The position numbers were made by a program, and so were the translations under genes. DNA of 34,966 nt from Candidatus Caldarchaeales archaeon (GTDB lineage: Archaea > Thermoproteota > Nitrososphaeria_A > Caldarchaeales > Wolframiiraptoraceae), in the NCBI GenBank assembly GCA_039630055.1, contig JBCNVN010000014.1, positions 1 through 34,966 of the forward strand, read 5' to 3'. The first letter of the stretch is position 1; the number at the start of each line of letters is the position of its first letter. Shown one piece after another: positions 10,721 to 19,893 of the stretch. The notes beneath the pieces were generated by a model. The model saw only the letters and a list, made by a program, of their open reading frames with translations. It searched no databases and was not told where the DNA came from.

Positions 10721-12003
10721 ACTGGACTGAAGAATCGGAGAAGAAGGTCGGTGAAATACTGGGAAGGTTCAAACTTTATAAACTCGATAAACCTGATAAA
10801 CTTTATGGACTTAAATATTGGGAGGATTTAAGAAAATATAATACTTTTACTTTTTCAGAAGCGGAAAGTGATACAATTTTAGGATCTTTAGTTGATATAT
10901 TGAACTTGGAGATTAGAAACTTTATCATTAGTAAGTTTAGTAAATTTAAAGATGACATAGTAATTTTTCCTGACAAGTGCACAGATATTATTAATTATGA
11001 ACTTGCTGGTCTAGATGGGTTACTCCGAGAATTATACTTTGAAAAAGGTGGTCAAGACACCTTTCGTACAAGTTACAATGATAAGTTAAAGAACTTAAGA
11101 AAACGTTTTAAAGAAGAAGTTACCCGCATATACAAGGAGTATTACGACTCATACTCGAATCTGGTTAAAGGGATTACATCTCTTTCCTCAGAAATACGTG
11201 GATATCTATCTATAGCTCTATCGCTTACGTCATTAAAGGGATTCTGGAATAAAGAATTTAGAAGGGTGTGGATGAGGTTTAATAAGATCAATATAGGTGA
11301 TGATAGTATTCAGTCTAAGTTCTGTGAATTTACTTCAAGAGATATAGATTTCTTTAAAGGAGATTATTCATTTTTTGAGCTTCTTGAGCTTCATAAAGAG
11401 TTTCAAGTTGATGAGTTGGACTTAAAAAAGATCTACTATAATTATTACAAAGGTGAAAGAAAAGGAGAACTAGAGAATCTTGTAAATAAACTATGTAGTA
11501 GGACTAATCTCAAGAATAAGGGGAAGCAGGTTTACCATCTTCTAAAAAATTTCTTTGATAGTTTACAGCCAAATTTATTACATCATGAATTGAGTGAAGA
11601 TGAGTTTAAAGACATTTACGATCAGTTTTTAGTTGAAAATGTTATCATGGAGTATGAGCTTTTTAGAGTTCTTGTTAATAATGGATACCCATGTATACCT
11701 AAGGTTTGCATATTCAAGAAAGATGAGAAAGGAGATGTAAAAATTGGTGAAGTGGATGTTATGGTCCTGGATGATGATATTTTACATTTAGTTGAGATAA
11801 CTTTGAGAAGAGACCCCTCTGAGAAAGAAGAGAAATTATCTAGAATTAAAGAACTTCTTGATAATGAACCGGAAGGGATAAGTGATTTCAAACCTTGTGT
11901 CATAAGTAATAGAGATAAATTTGAAGAATTCATAAGAACATTGAGATGTGAAGAGCTAGCTCAAACCCATCACCATGTTAAGGAAAATATAAACTTAACA
12001 TGA
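10705..12003 (+). CDS. Uncharacterised CRISPR-associated protein with a C-terminal PD-(D/E)xK-like nuclease domain
   Basis: 432-aa ORF overlapping the last RAMP gene by 16 nt. C-terminal EYELF...GEVDVMV...LVEIT pattern; N-terminal ~300 aa look helical and are unrecognised. Confidence 0.6.
   Translation: MAPRVDWTEESEKKVGEILGRFKLYKLDKPDKLYGLKYWEDLRKYNTFTFSEAESDTILGSLVDILNLEIRNFIISKFSKFKDDIVIFPDKCTDIINYELAGLDGLLRELYFEKGGQDTFRTSYNDKLKNLRKRFKEEVTRIYKEYYDSYSNLVKGITSLSSEIRGYLSIALSLTSLKGFWNKEFRRVWMRFNKINIGDDSIQSKFCEFTSRDIDFFKGDYSFFELLELHKEFQVDELDLKKIYYNYYKGERKGELENLVNKLCSRTNLKNKGKQVYHLLKNFFDSLQPNLLHHELSEDEFKDIYDQFLVENVIMEYELFRVLVNNGYPCIPKVCIFKKDEKGDVKIGEVDVMVLDDDILHLVEITLRRDPSEKEEKLSRIKELLDNEPEGISDFKPCVISNRDKFEEFIRTLRCEELAQTHHHVKENINLT
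11974..12002 (+). terminator. Perfect 9-bp inverted repeat at the operon end (terminator hairpin or operator)
   Basis: CATGTTAAG-N11-CTTAACATG followed by ATTTT, overlapping the stop codon of the 432-aa ORF. Confidence 0.35.
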
Positions 12004-12070
12004 TTTTGTCCCACTAAGTCTTATCTGTTACCATACTCTTTCAAGCGTTTATCTTCTTCTCATAGTTAAA

Positions 12071-12283
12071 ATGTTTCGAGCTGAGATCATTAACTTAACA
12101 GAGATGAAACCACCAGCTTCTTATGACCTACTATCCAGCGAAGAATATAATAGAAGCATGGAGAAGATCTGGAGCATGGTGAAAAGCAGAACTGACTTGA
12201 CTAGCATAAATCATAAGGTTGCATTATATCAGAAAGAGCTGAGGAGGATTTTAAATGTCTATGCCAGAGTGGATGAGCATTAG
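12071..12283 (+). CDS. Small hypothetical protein, possibly a degenerate nucleotide-sensor (SAVED/CARF-like) fragment
   Basis: 70-aa ATG ORF overlapping csx3; only a by-eye resemblance. Confidence 0.3.
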   Translation: MFRAEIINLTEMKPPASYDLLSSEEYNRSMEKIWSMVKSRTDLTSINHKVALYQKELRRILNVYARVDEH

Positions 12284-12554
12284 AGAAGATACTATAATCT
12301 TTAATATCCCGCCTACCCGCTCTATAACCTATAGCGAGTTACCTAATGCTGTAAATGCCGCCTTCGAGTATTTCAGTAAGAACAAGAAAAACATAGTTAA
12401 AATAACAGGTAGAGGACCAATATGGTTATACAGTTCAATAGTTCATGTAGTAGCCCACTTAGCGAGGGCGGTAGCTGTCTATGACGCAATAGTAGGGAAA
12501 TATGTTATCGTAGTAAGCCATGACCCAGAGTATAGTATAGGTAGCGTACTTTAA
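12255..12554 (+). CDS. csx3: Csx3 / Crn3 cA4 ring nuclease
   Basis: ITGRGPIWLY, AH...VAVYD, VVSH match Archaeoglobus fulgidus Csx3 motifs; GAGGAGG ribosome-binding site at 12241-12247. Confidence 0.9.
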   Translation: MSMPEWMSIREDTIIFNIPPTRSITYSELPNAVNAAFEYFSKNKKNIVKITGRGPIWLYSSIVHVVAHLARAVAVYDAIVGKYVIVVSHDPEYSIGSVL

Positions 12555-12587
12555 AACAGAGCTAAAACACTCTTCCCCACATGAAGA

Positions 12588-14024
12588 TTACTGAAAGGTC
12601 AATCCTTTTGATGATGAGTCAAGTATACGTTTTTGTGCTTCCCGTTCTTCACTATATTTTACCAGCAAATGCTCTCTTAGATTGTACTTATCTTTACCCT
12701 CTGTGCTGAGCTTCATATATGTTACATTACGTTCAAAGCCTGAATGGGCTAGAAAATTTCTATCATCAAACCTATTCATATCAGGTTTCTTCCTTTCAAA
12801 GATTTCACTTAAGCTTATCCAAGAAGCTAGTTGATCTCTACAAGCTTCATCCTTCTCGATCATGTTTTTGACTTTTTCTTCAATCTCATGAAGAGAATTA
12901 CTGATCATTATGTCTAACCTCCTATTCTTGAAAAAGAACTTCCTTCTAACATCATGGAGATCTCTTAGACTTACTATTTTCTTATTATCTAATCCGAAAA
13001 CTTTAGCTGTAAAATAGCATTTTATAAGCGTGGCAAAATCATTCTCGAAGCTAACCTTCCTCACAACTCTAAACCCATTTTCTGTTCTGTAGATCTCTAT
13101 CCACTTTCTGTATATGTTCTCTAAACAGTTAAGATATTCTTCTAGCTTTTTATGGTCCGGAAAGAAAGAATAGAGGGTAAGTGGTAATCCATTGAGAACA
13201 GCTCCCAGGAAAGCATTTAGCTCTTTAATACTTAGGTCTTTTAGACATGAGTCTACTTCATTATCCAATTTCCTACTATCTAATTCGCTCAATTTCTCAG
13301 AGGCAAGTTTAGGATTGGTAGCAATTTCTGATATCTTAAGGAATTTCGCATTATCGTTTAAAGCTTCACTACATGGAGATGGAGCTACAGATGTATTCTC
13401 CACAGAGTGAATACGTAGAGATGTGGTAACTTCTCCAACGAATGGCTCAGCATTATATACTTTGAGTGTTACTATATCACTCCCTATTGCAAGTATGCCT
13501 AGCAATTCCTTGATAGCTCTATAGACTAGAACAGGCATGTAATTTATACCATGTGAAAGATCTAGGTGTAAGCTGAGTTCGCCAGGGTTAAGTTCTTTAG
13601 ACAACTTGAGGAGTACGTATATGTAAAAGTCGAGAAGATCACCGAGGAACTCACCAATCTGAAGACCTTCTGTTCTACTTGTGCGAAATCTTCCAGTACC
13701 AGGTGCAACTATAATCTCAATATTTCTAGTATCGAGTCCAAGGTCTTTTCTCACGAAATCCAGAAACTTTCCCTTGACATAACCTAAGAGTTCTTCGTAA
13801 GTGGATACATATCTATCGGCAACCGTATCTAGGACTATTATCAGAATCTTTGAAAGCTCTTTCTCCTCTTTCTTTATTCTACATAGAAGTGAAGAAAGAG
13901 AGCACTTGCTCATAACTCTCTCATCGTTAAGAATATATTCAACTTCTCTCCATCCTGGAATCCAGGGGTTGCCCCAAGTAGCTACCAGAATACTGTCCAT
14001 AACGGCCTTTCTGATACTATCCAT
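12588..14024 (-). CDS. csx1: Csx1 CARF-HEPN cOA-activated ribonuclease
   Basis: N-terminal VATWGNP..W, LDLSHGINYMP (DxTHG-type CARF) and C-terminal HEPN RNFLAHSG (R-x4-H). Start may be the second MDSI at 14000. Confidence 0.92.
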   Translation of the reverse strand: MDSIRKAVMDSILVATWGNPWIPGWREVEYILNDERVMSKCSLSSLLCRIKKEEKELSKILIIVLDTVADRYVSTYEELLGYVKGKFLDFVRKDLGLDTRNIEIIVAPGTGRFRTSRTEGLQIGEFLGDLLDFYIYVLLKLSKELNPGELSLHLDLSHGINYMPVLVYRAIKELLGILAIGSDIVTLKVYNAEPFVGEVTTSLRIHSVENTSVAPSPCSEALNDNAKFLKISEIATNPKLASEKLSELDSRKLDNEVDSCLKDLSIKELNAFLGAVLNGLPLTLYSFFPDHKKLEEYLNCLENIYRKWIEIYRTENGFRVVRKVSFENDFATLIKCYFTAKVFGLDNKKIVSLRDLHDVRRKFFFKNRRLDIMISNSLHEIEEKVKNMIEKDEACRDQLASWISLSEIFERKKPDMNRFDDRNFLAHSGFERNVTYMKLSTEGKDKYNLREHLLVKYSEEREAQKRILDSSSKGLTFQ

Positions 14025-14123
14025 TAGTAGTATTTATTTCTCGCTCTTATTTAGAAATCTACTGAAATAGTGGGTACAGATCTCAGATTATATCCCAGAG
14101 TGTAACGTATATCGTAGAGGAAT

Positions 14124-14933
14124 ATGGATGGTTGGGCTCATCTGGTTTTGGTCGGAGCATATATCGTAAATAATGCTTATAGAAGTAACTTGATAGAGCG
14201 TGATGTTCCTAATTTAGAGGAGAACCTTAAAGAAGAAAGGTTTAGAGATAGCTTTATTGAATTACTTCTAAACTATGTTGAGAGTAATTATAAGGAGGCT
14301 AGTGCTGAGCTGAATACTTGCATAGACTTGATTGTTGAAGGATATGAGAATGGTAAGCAGCAGTGATGTTATCTACTATCTTCTGATATAAAAGTCGGTA
14401 AACTGTGTAGCGATATCTTGTTTAGATTCTTGAAGAAGTTTTCTAGTGAGAGGCTTGATGGTAGGCTTGCTGTACTCGATCCAGTATCCATTCCTCTCTT
14501 AGGAGATCCTAAAAAATTTAATGATGGTTTAGCTAACCTATTTGAGAAGATCGTCGATATGCTATCATACCATAAGAGGCTTGGTGATAATGTCTTTGTT
14601 CATGTAACTAGAGAATTTAAACCAGAGACAGCTATAGCTATTCTAGCAGCCAACATGTCTATGACCGATGCTTCAACATTCTACATACATGAACACTTAA
14701 ACCAGCTCGAAAGGATACCTGCTATGCCTATAGCTTTCAGGAAGTGGAGAAGATTCTCAGAGATGATGAGTCATCTTCTAAACGTTGATAGAGCAAACAA
14801 GGAACAGTACATCAGATTTTATGGAAGAAGAGCTGTATTAGAAGGAATTAGACTTGGATGGATAGAAGAAGAGAGTACATTCTTAAAACTTGCCACATTT
14901 GGTAGATTGTTGTGGAGTAAGCTGAGAAGATAG
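14124..14933 (+). pseudogene. Disrupted APE2256-family CARF protein (Crn1/Sso1393-like ring nuclease)
   Basis: ORFs 14124-14366 and 14418-14933 are one frame split by TGA at 14364-14366. Read through, it shows VG..IVNN, SAELN, LLSSD...G..C, F.DGL.NL, FKPE, YIHE and IP.MP motifs plus a wHTH-like tail. Confidence 0.75.
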
Positions 14934-15164
14934 ATAGGAGGTTGAATTATTCTATATATGTGTTTAAGTCTCCATGAGGTCTGCATGAAACTATTGAGCA
15001 TTAATTATCATTAAAGAATCCCTTATAGAATATGATCTCCAATAATCTTCTTAAGATGTGATCAGAAGATCCAGAAAATATATTAATAGGTAGAACTTGA
15101 AGTGCGGAGAAAGTAGATCAAGATTATAAAATAGGAGTTGTTCACTATCTGTTAGTGTTTAGTA

Positions 15165-16004
15165 TTGTGTGTAGAAGTTATTGGCATTATTGCTACATCA
15201 TCCCTAGATAGCTATCCAAAATTCTCTATAGGCTTCCATATCAGAAGCTTATTTTACAAGATCTTAAAATTTTCTGATCCCGCTCTCGCTTCTAGAATCC
15301 ATGAGTATAGAGGGCTGGCGCCTTTTTCAGCCTCACCATTAATCAGGCTTGAGAAGAGTATTTACTACTTTCGGTTTACCTCTTTTGATAGTAGAATCTC
15401 TAATGCATTGCTAGACTTCTTTAAGAGATTTGATGAAGTTGAGTTGCTCAATTCAAGGTTTTATCTAAATGAAGTTGTTTATAAGAGTCTTGATTTAAAG
15501 AAGCTCTTATCTGAATCTCATCCATACCAGAGATATGAACTAGAGTTTCTTAGTCCAACCTGTTTTAGGAGACCTTGTCCATACATTCCCCTCTATGCTC
15601 TCGGCCCGATTGCCAGTATATTGAGATTCTTTAACAAGCCTAAATCAAGTTATAGATATTATCCATTACCTGATCCTGTATTAATGTTTAGGAATCTTGC
15701 TAGACTTTGGAGAGAGTATGGTGGAGTAACGATACATTCTAAGAGATTTAGTAGATGGCTTGAAGAAGGTGGAGTAGCACTATCAGGGGTTGAAGATGTT
15801 AAGACCCATAGATTAATACATAGAAGGCGTAGAGCATTCATTGTAGGATTCACTGGAAAGATTAGATTAAATCTTCCAAACGATACATTCAATGAGAAAT
15901 ATGCAAGAATAGTCCACGCATTATTAAAGCTGGGTGAAGAAGTACAGGTAGGAGTTAACAGAACAGCAGGATTCGGACTATACAAAATATTGAAAATAAT
16001 TTAA
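15165..16004 (+). CDS. cas6: CRISPR-associated endoribonuclease Cas6
   Basis: IHE...APFSASP, FLSPTCF, PLPDP, VGFTG and C-terminal G-loop VGVNRTAGFG. Confidence 0.93.
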   Translation: MCVEVIGIIATSSLDSYPKFSIGFHIRSLFYKILKFSDPALASRIHEYRGLAPFSASPLIRLEKSIYYFRFTSFDSRISNALLDFFKRFDEVELLNSRFYLNEVVYKSLDLKKLLSESHPYQRYELEFLSPTCFRRPCPYIPLYALGPIASILRFFNKPKSSYRYYPLPDPVLMFRNLARLWREYGGVTIHSKRFSRWLEEGGVALSGVEDVKTHRLIHRRRRAFIVGFTGKIRLNLPNDTFNEKYARIVHALLKLGEEVQVGVNRTAGFGLYKILKII

Positions 16005-16030
16005 TGTTCTATAATATAAGCATTGCATAA

Positions 16031-16389
16031 TCATTGCTGAAGTCTTATTATGCCTAGGTCTCTATCGTAATTCTTTACAATCGAAAGTCTTAATTCTTCA
16101 TCCCATTCCATATTTCTGAGATCTGAGCGAGAAGCTGGAGCGAGATACTTCTTTATACAACTGTAGAGCCTCATATGTTCTTCAAATCTATTCACTTCAC
16201 GTATCTTCTTCAATAAATTACAAACTTCTTCAAGATATATTGCTGGCAACCTTGCAATCCTTACCGATGTATCACCACATCCGTTATGTGGGATTGATTA
16301 AATATGGGAGCTGGACGGCATTAAGCCTTTATACTCAGAGTTTATCGCAAGTATCATCACAGCCTCGATCTCTCCCATTCCAGCTATCC
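16031..16389 (-). pseudogene. Gene remnant, possibly the C-terminal part of a CARF-type protein
   Basis: The frame of the 72-aa ORF extends upstream through one TAA (16298-16300), reading AGMGEIEAVMILAIN...SHI*SIP...RIARLPAI. No proper start found. Confidence 0.25.
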
Positions 16390-16540
16390 GATAAAATGTA
16401 AAATTAAATCCAAAATATGATTTATAGATAGAAGGAGAAGACTTCTCGCCGCTAGTTCAAGATTATGGAGTCGTATAGTTGATTCGAGGCGTAATGCATT
16501 ATAGTCAGCGACTTATATCTTATCTGGAAGGGGATCGAGG

Positions 16541-17284
16541 TTGGTGAGGATTCTTATTGAGGTGTCGAGGTTGACGAAGAGCTTTGACGGTGAGACTGCT
16601 GTCCGTGGTCTAAACTTAACTGTAAGTCAAGGAGAGATCCATGGTCTCCTAGGTTTAAATGGGGCAGGGAAGACGACGACAGTCAAATGTATCGTAGGGC
16701 TCTTAAAACCTGATCAAGGAGAGATTATGATTGATGGACGATCAGCTTTCCATGACAACTCTTACAAAGACTTTCTTGGATACCTTCCCGAGAACCCTTC
16801 GCTACCCGAATACTTGACTACAGAAGAATTCCTCATCTTCATCTCGAGGCTTAAAGGTCTTAAGGGTTTGGAGTTGGAAAGACGTTTCTCAGAGGTTGTA
16901 GAGCTTTTCAGCCTCCAAAGATACTTAGACAAGCTTATATTCGAGTTATCAAAAGGGATTAGGCAGAGGATAGCATTCGCAGCGGCAGTTGTGAATACTC
17001 CTCGTATATTGATCCTTGATGAACCATTCAATGGTTTGGACCCGGAGGCTCAGAGCATCGCGAAGCTTCTTATGAAGGAGACCGCTGAGAGAGGTGGAGC
17101 CGTACTTGTAAGTACTCATCTCCTCGACTCTATCGAACGTATCTGCGACTCGGTGACGATTATCCACAATGGAAGAGATCTGGCCACTGGAACGCTGGAT
17201 GAGATTAGAAGTTTAGCAGGTCTTTCAAAATCTGCTCCACTCGAAGAAGCTTTCCTACGCATAGTCTCGAGGCATAAAAGTTGA
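16541..17284 (+). CDS. ABC transporter ATP-binding protein (ABC-2/exporter type)
   Basis: Walker A GLNGAGKT, signature LSKGIRQR, Walker B ILILDEP, STH switch. Confidence 0.93.
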   Translation: MVRILIEVSRLTKSFDGETAVRGLNLTVSQGEIHGLLGLNGAGKTTTVKCIVGLLKPDQGEIMIDGRSAFHDNSYKDFLGYLPENPSLPEYLTTEEFLIFISRLKGLKGLELERRFSEVVELFSLQRYLDKLIFELSKGIRQRIAFAAAVVNTPRILILDEPFNGLDPEAQSIAKLLMKETAERGGAVLVSTHLLDSIERICDSVTIIHNGRDLATGTLDEIRSLAGLSKSAPLEEAFLRIVSRHKS

Positions 17285-18798
17285 CCTGGACAGTGATCCT
17301 ACTCTTAAAGGTTAAGCTTAAACAGTATCTAGGACAGGTGAGACGCTCCATCAGAAACTTACTCTCACTGATTCTCGTCTACCTTCTCTGGCTTACGGTA
17401 ATCGGTTTAATCTCATTTGTACTTCGAGCTACTGGAGTCTCATCCAGCTCACAAGATTTTCTTAAGATCTTATCAGATGTAACGGTTATAGCTATCTTAG
17501 CGGTAGGCATCTTCCTCGGGATCAAGGGTGGAATAACAGCGCTTCCCTACGAGCTAGACTATGTCCTATCCTCGAATATAGGTCCACGAATCTTCTTGCT
17601 TACAGACTTACTCTTTCAACTCTGCCTCCTAACCTTCTTCATAATCCCACCTACATCCGTCATGCTAACGATATTGACTTATCCAAACCATTTCACTTAT
17701 CTCGGGAGAGCTATTCCTCTCTATATTGTGGCAATCATAATGTCTATAATGCTTTCCCATATTCTGGGAGTATCTAGAAGCATTATAGGTGAGAGTAGAG
17801 TGAAGATGATAGGCTGGCCCCTCTTACTCATGATAACATCGCCTCTTATTCTTCTAGCTTTAAAGACCCCTCTACCCCCTCTATTAACATACCATCCAGC
17901 ACTGGTTCTCACATCTGCAATAGATAGAGTTGGTGAGAACTTTTACTGGATGATGCCCTATCTCTTTATTCTCGGGTTAGCATATCTACGTCTTTCAAAG
18001 ACCAACTTCTACTCTTCTGTCTCACCTCTACTCCTCTCCATATTGATGGAGCCACCCACCAAGCTTTCAAAATACATTAAAACTCCGATAAAGATTGAGA
18101 AGCTTTTAGGTCTCAAGGTAGCTAAAGGCTACTCTTCTCTCATGTATATGCTCCATTTGTTGAGAGTCTTGAGAGAAGGAAGTCTCTGGACAGGGGTCAT
18201 AGTGCTGCTTTTCTTGATATTAGTGAATACGGCCATTCCAAGATTGGTAAATGTTGCCCAGTTCCCAGAAGTGGCTGAGCTGACTATGATAGCTCTATAC
18301 ATCCCCTTACTCCCAGCTCTCCTCTCGATAAACTGGAGTATCTCGGAAAGACCTAATACATGGATCGTCAATCTCTCTACTAAAGGTGAGAGATATTATC
18401 TATCCGGCCTCTTCTTCTCGTATCTCACAGTCACCTTCCCATTCTCTTTAAGCCTTTATGGAATCGTCTCCATTGGCTCCACTGACCTACCATTCATATT
18501 AGTTGATATAGTCTTGCTTCTCGCGATGTCATGTTTCGGGACAGCTCTCTCAATCCTTATCTCGCTAGTAGCGAAACTCGCACTCTCACCCCTCTCCCTC
18601 AGTTCCCTACTATATATCTTGACACCTTTAACAGGTTCATTGATCCTCTCGCTACCCATATTGACCATTAGATTGCATGAACCGCTTGCCAGTTCTCCGA
18701 CAATAGGTCTTACTAGCATGATGATAGGATACATCGTCATCACTACTTTCATCCTCTATAGGATACTGGTTAAGGAAGGTGTAAGATATCTCAATTAG
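17281..18798 (+). CDS. Polytopic membrane protein, probable ABC exporter permease
   Basis: 505 aa with roughly a dozen hydrophobic segments; overlaps the ATPase stop codon. Confidence 0.8.
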   Translation: MTWTVILLLKVKLKQYLGQVRRSIRNLLSLILVYLLWLTVIGLISFVLRATGVSSSSQDFLKILSDVTVIAILAVGIFLGIKGGITALPYELDYVLSSNIGPRIFLLTDLLFQLCLLTFFIIPPTSVMLTILTYPNHFTYLGRAIPLYIVAIIMSIMLSHILGVSRSIIGESRVKMIGWPLLLMITSPLILLALKTPLPPLLTYHPALVLTSAIDRVGENFYWMMPYLFILGLAYLRLSKTNFYSSVSPLLLSILMEPPTKLSKYIKTPIKIEKLLGLKVAKGYSSLMYMLHLLRVLREGSLWTGVIVLLFLILVNTAIPRLVNVAQFPEVAELTMIALYIPLLPALLSINWSISERPNTWIVNLSTKGERYYLSGLFFSYLTVTFPFSLSLYGIVSIGSTDLPFILVDIVLLLAMSCFGTALSILISLVAKLALSPLSLSSLLYILTPLTGSLILSLPILTIRLHEPLASSPTIGLTSMMIGYIVITTFILYRILVKEGVRYLN

Positions 18799-18963
18799 AT
18801 ACTCAATCTTAGATGATTTCACAAGCAGCAGCATGTTTCGAGATATTGATAATTCCAAGAAAGGTTGTTAAGACTGGACAACGGGTTCAAAATTCTTGAC
18901 GTGACCATTTAAGAAGATCTCAGGTTATGTTAAACTATCTAGAAGAAGATGAACATATTCTCT

Positions 18964-19893
18964 TCAGATGATATGGATGTATCTTAAGACCGTGTCTGGG
19001 ATCAATGTCACGACTGTTCCTTTGCCAATCTTTTCAGCCATCCTCAAAGCTGCGTAGACATTTGCTCCCGCCGACAATCCGCCGAGTATGCCCTCCGAGA
19101 CTATAAGCTTCTTCATCATCTCCAGTGCATCCTGATAACTTACTTCAACCAGTTCGTCTATATATTCTCTATTCCGGGTCCATAGCTCTGGGACTACATC
19201 GACTGCCAGCCCCTCGATCCTATCAGGCTTACTTCCACCGATTATAGGCGAGTTTCTGGGGATGACCCCTACAATCCTCACCTTCTTACCGACCTTCTCT
19301 CTGAGGAATCTGCCAACGCCAGATATGGTTCCACATGTTCCTATACCCATCACAAATACATCTACATTATCTCCTAGTTGATCATATATTTCGGCTGCTG
19401 TAGTCTCGTAATGAGCTTTAACATTAGCCTCATTTGCATATTGATTTAGATAAAAGTAGCCATGTTCTTCAGCATATCTCTTCGCTACGGCCACATAGTT
19501 CCCAGGATCACTTGGAGGTTTAGAAGGTACCTCAATAAGCCTAGCTCCGAACGATTTTATCAGCTTCAACTTTGCAGGTGAAGCTTGTTCTTCCACGAAT
19601 ATCTCTGCTCTATAGCCTAAGATGGATGATGCCCATGCCACTGAGATAGCGGTGTTCCCGCTTGAGGCTTCAACGACAACATCCCCAGGTTTTATAAACC
19701 CTCTCAGCTCTGCTTCTCTAATCATATAGATTGCTATCCTATCTTTATGGCTCCCAGTGGGATTATAGTATTCAAGCTTCACATATATATCTGCTGCTCT
19801 ATCTTTAACGATTCTATGCACCTTGACAAGTGGGGTTCTTCCTATAAGATCAATAATCGACCGTCCCATATCTCGATGCCTATCCTCTGACAA
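18964..19893 (-). CDS. cysK: Cysteine synthase family PLP-dependent enzyme (CysK/CysM-like)
   Basis: IGRTPLV, KLEYYNPTGSHKDR (PLP lysine), EASSGNT, NQYAN, GIGTCGT, IEGL. Confidence 0.85.
   Translation of the reverse strand: MSEDRHRDMGRSIIDLIGRTPLVKVHRIVKDRAADIYVKLEYYNPTGSHKDRIAIYMIREAELRGFIKPGDVVVEASSGNTAISVAWASSILGYRAEIFVEEQASPAKLKLIKSFGARLIEVPSKPPSDPGNYVAVAKRYAEEHGYFYLNQYANEANVKAHYETTAAEIYDQLGDNVDVFVMGIGTCGTISGVGRFLREKVGKKVRIVGVIPRNSPIIGGSKPDRIEGLAVDVVPELWTRNREYIDELVEVSYQDALEMMKKLIVSEGILGGLSAGANVYAALRMAEKIGKGTVVTLIPDTVLRYIHII

Noticed and set aside
13989-14024. Repeated MDSI at the csx1 N-terminus
   Set aside because: A short imperfect duplication that affects only start-codon choice.
14364-14366. 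In-frame TGA as possible selenocysteine or programmed read-through
   Set aside because: Several other conserved motifs in the same gene are degraded and no SECIS-like structure was recognised; pseudogenisation is simpler.
16541-18798. ABC exporter as a CRISPR-linked membrane effector
   Set aside because: Separated from cas6 by more than 500 bp and a convergent remnant; ordinary ABC motifs and no nucleotide-sensor domain.
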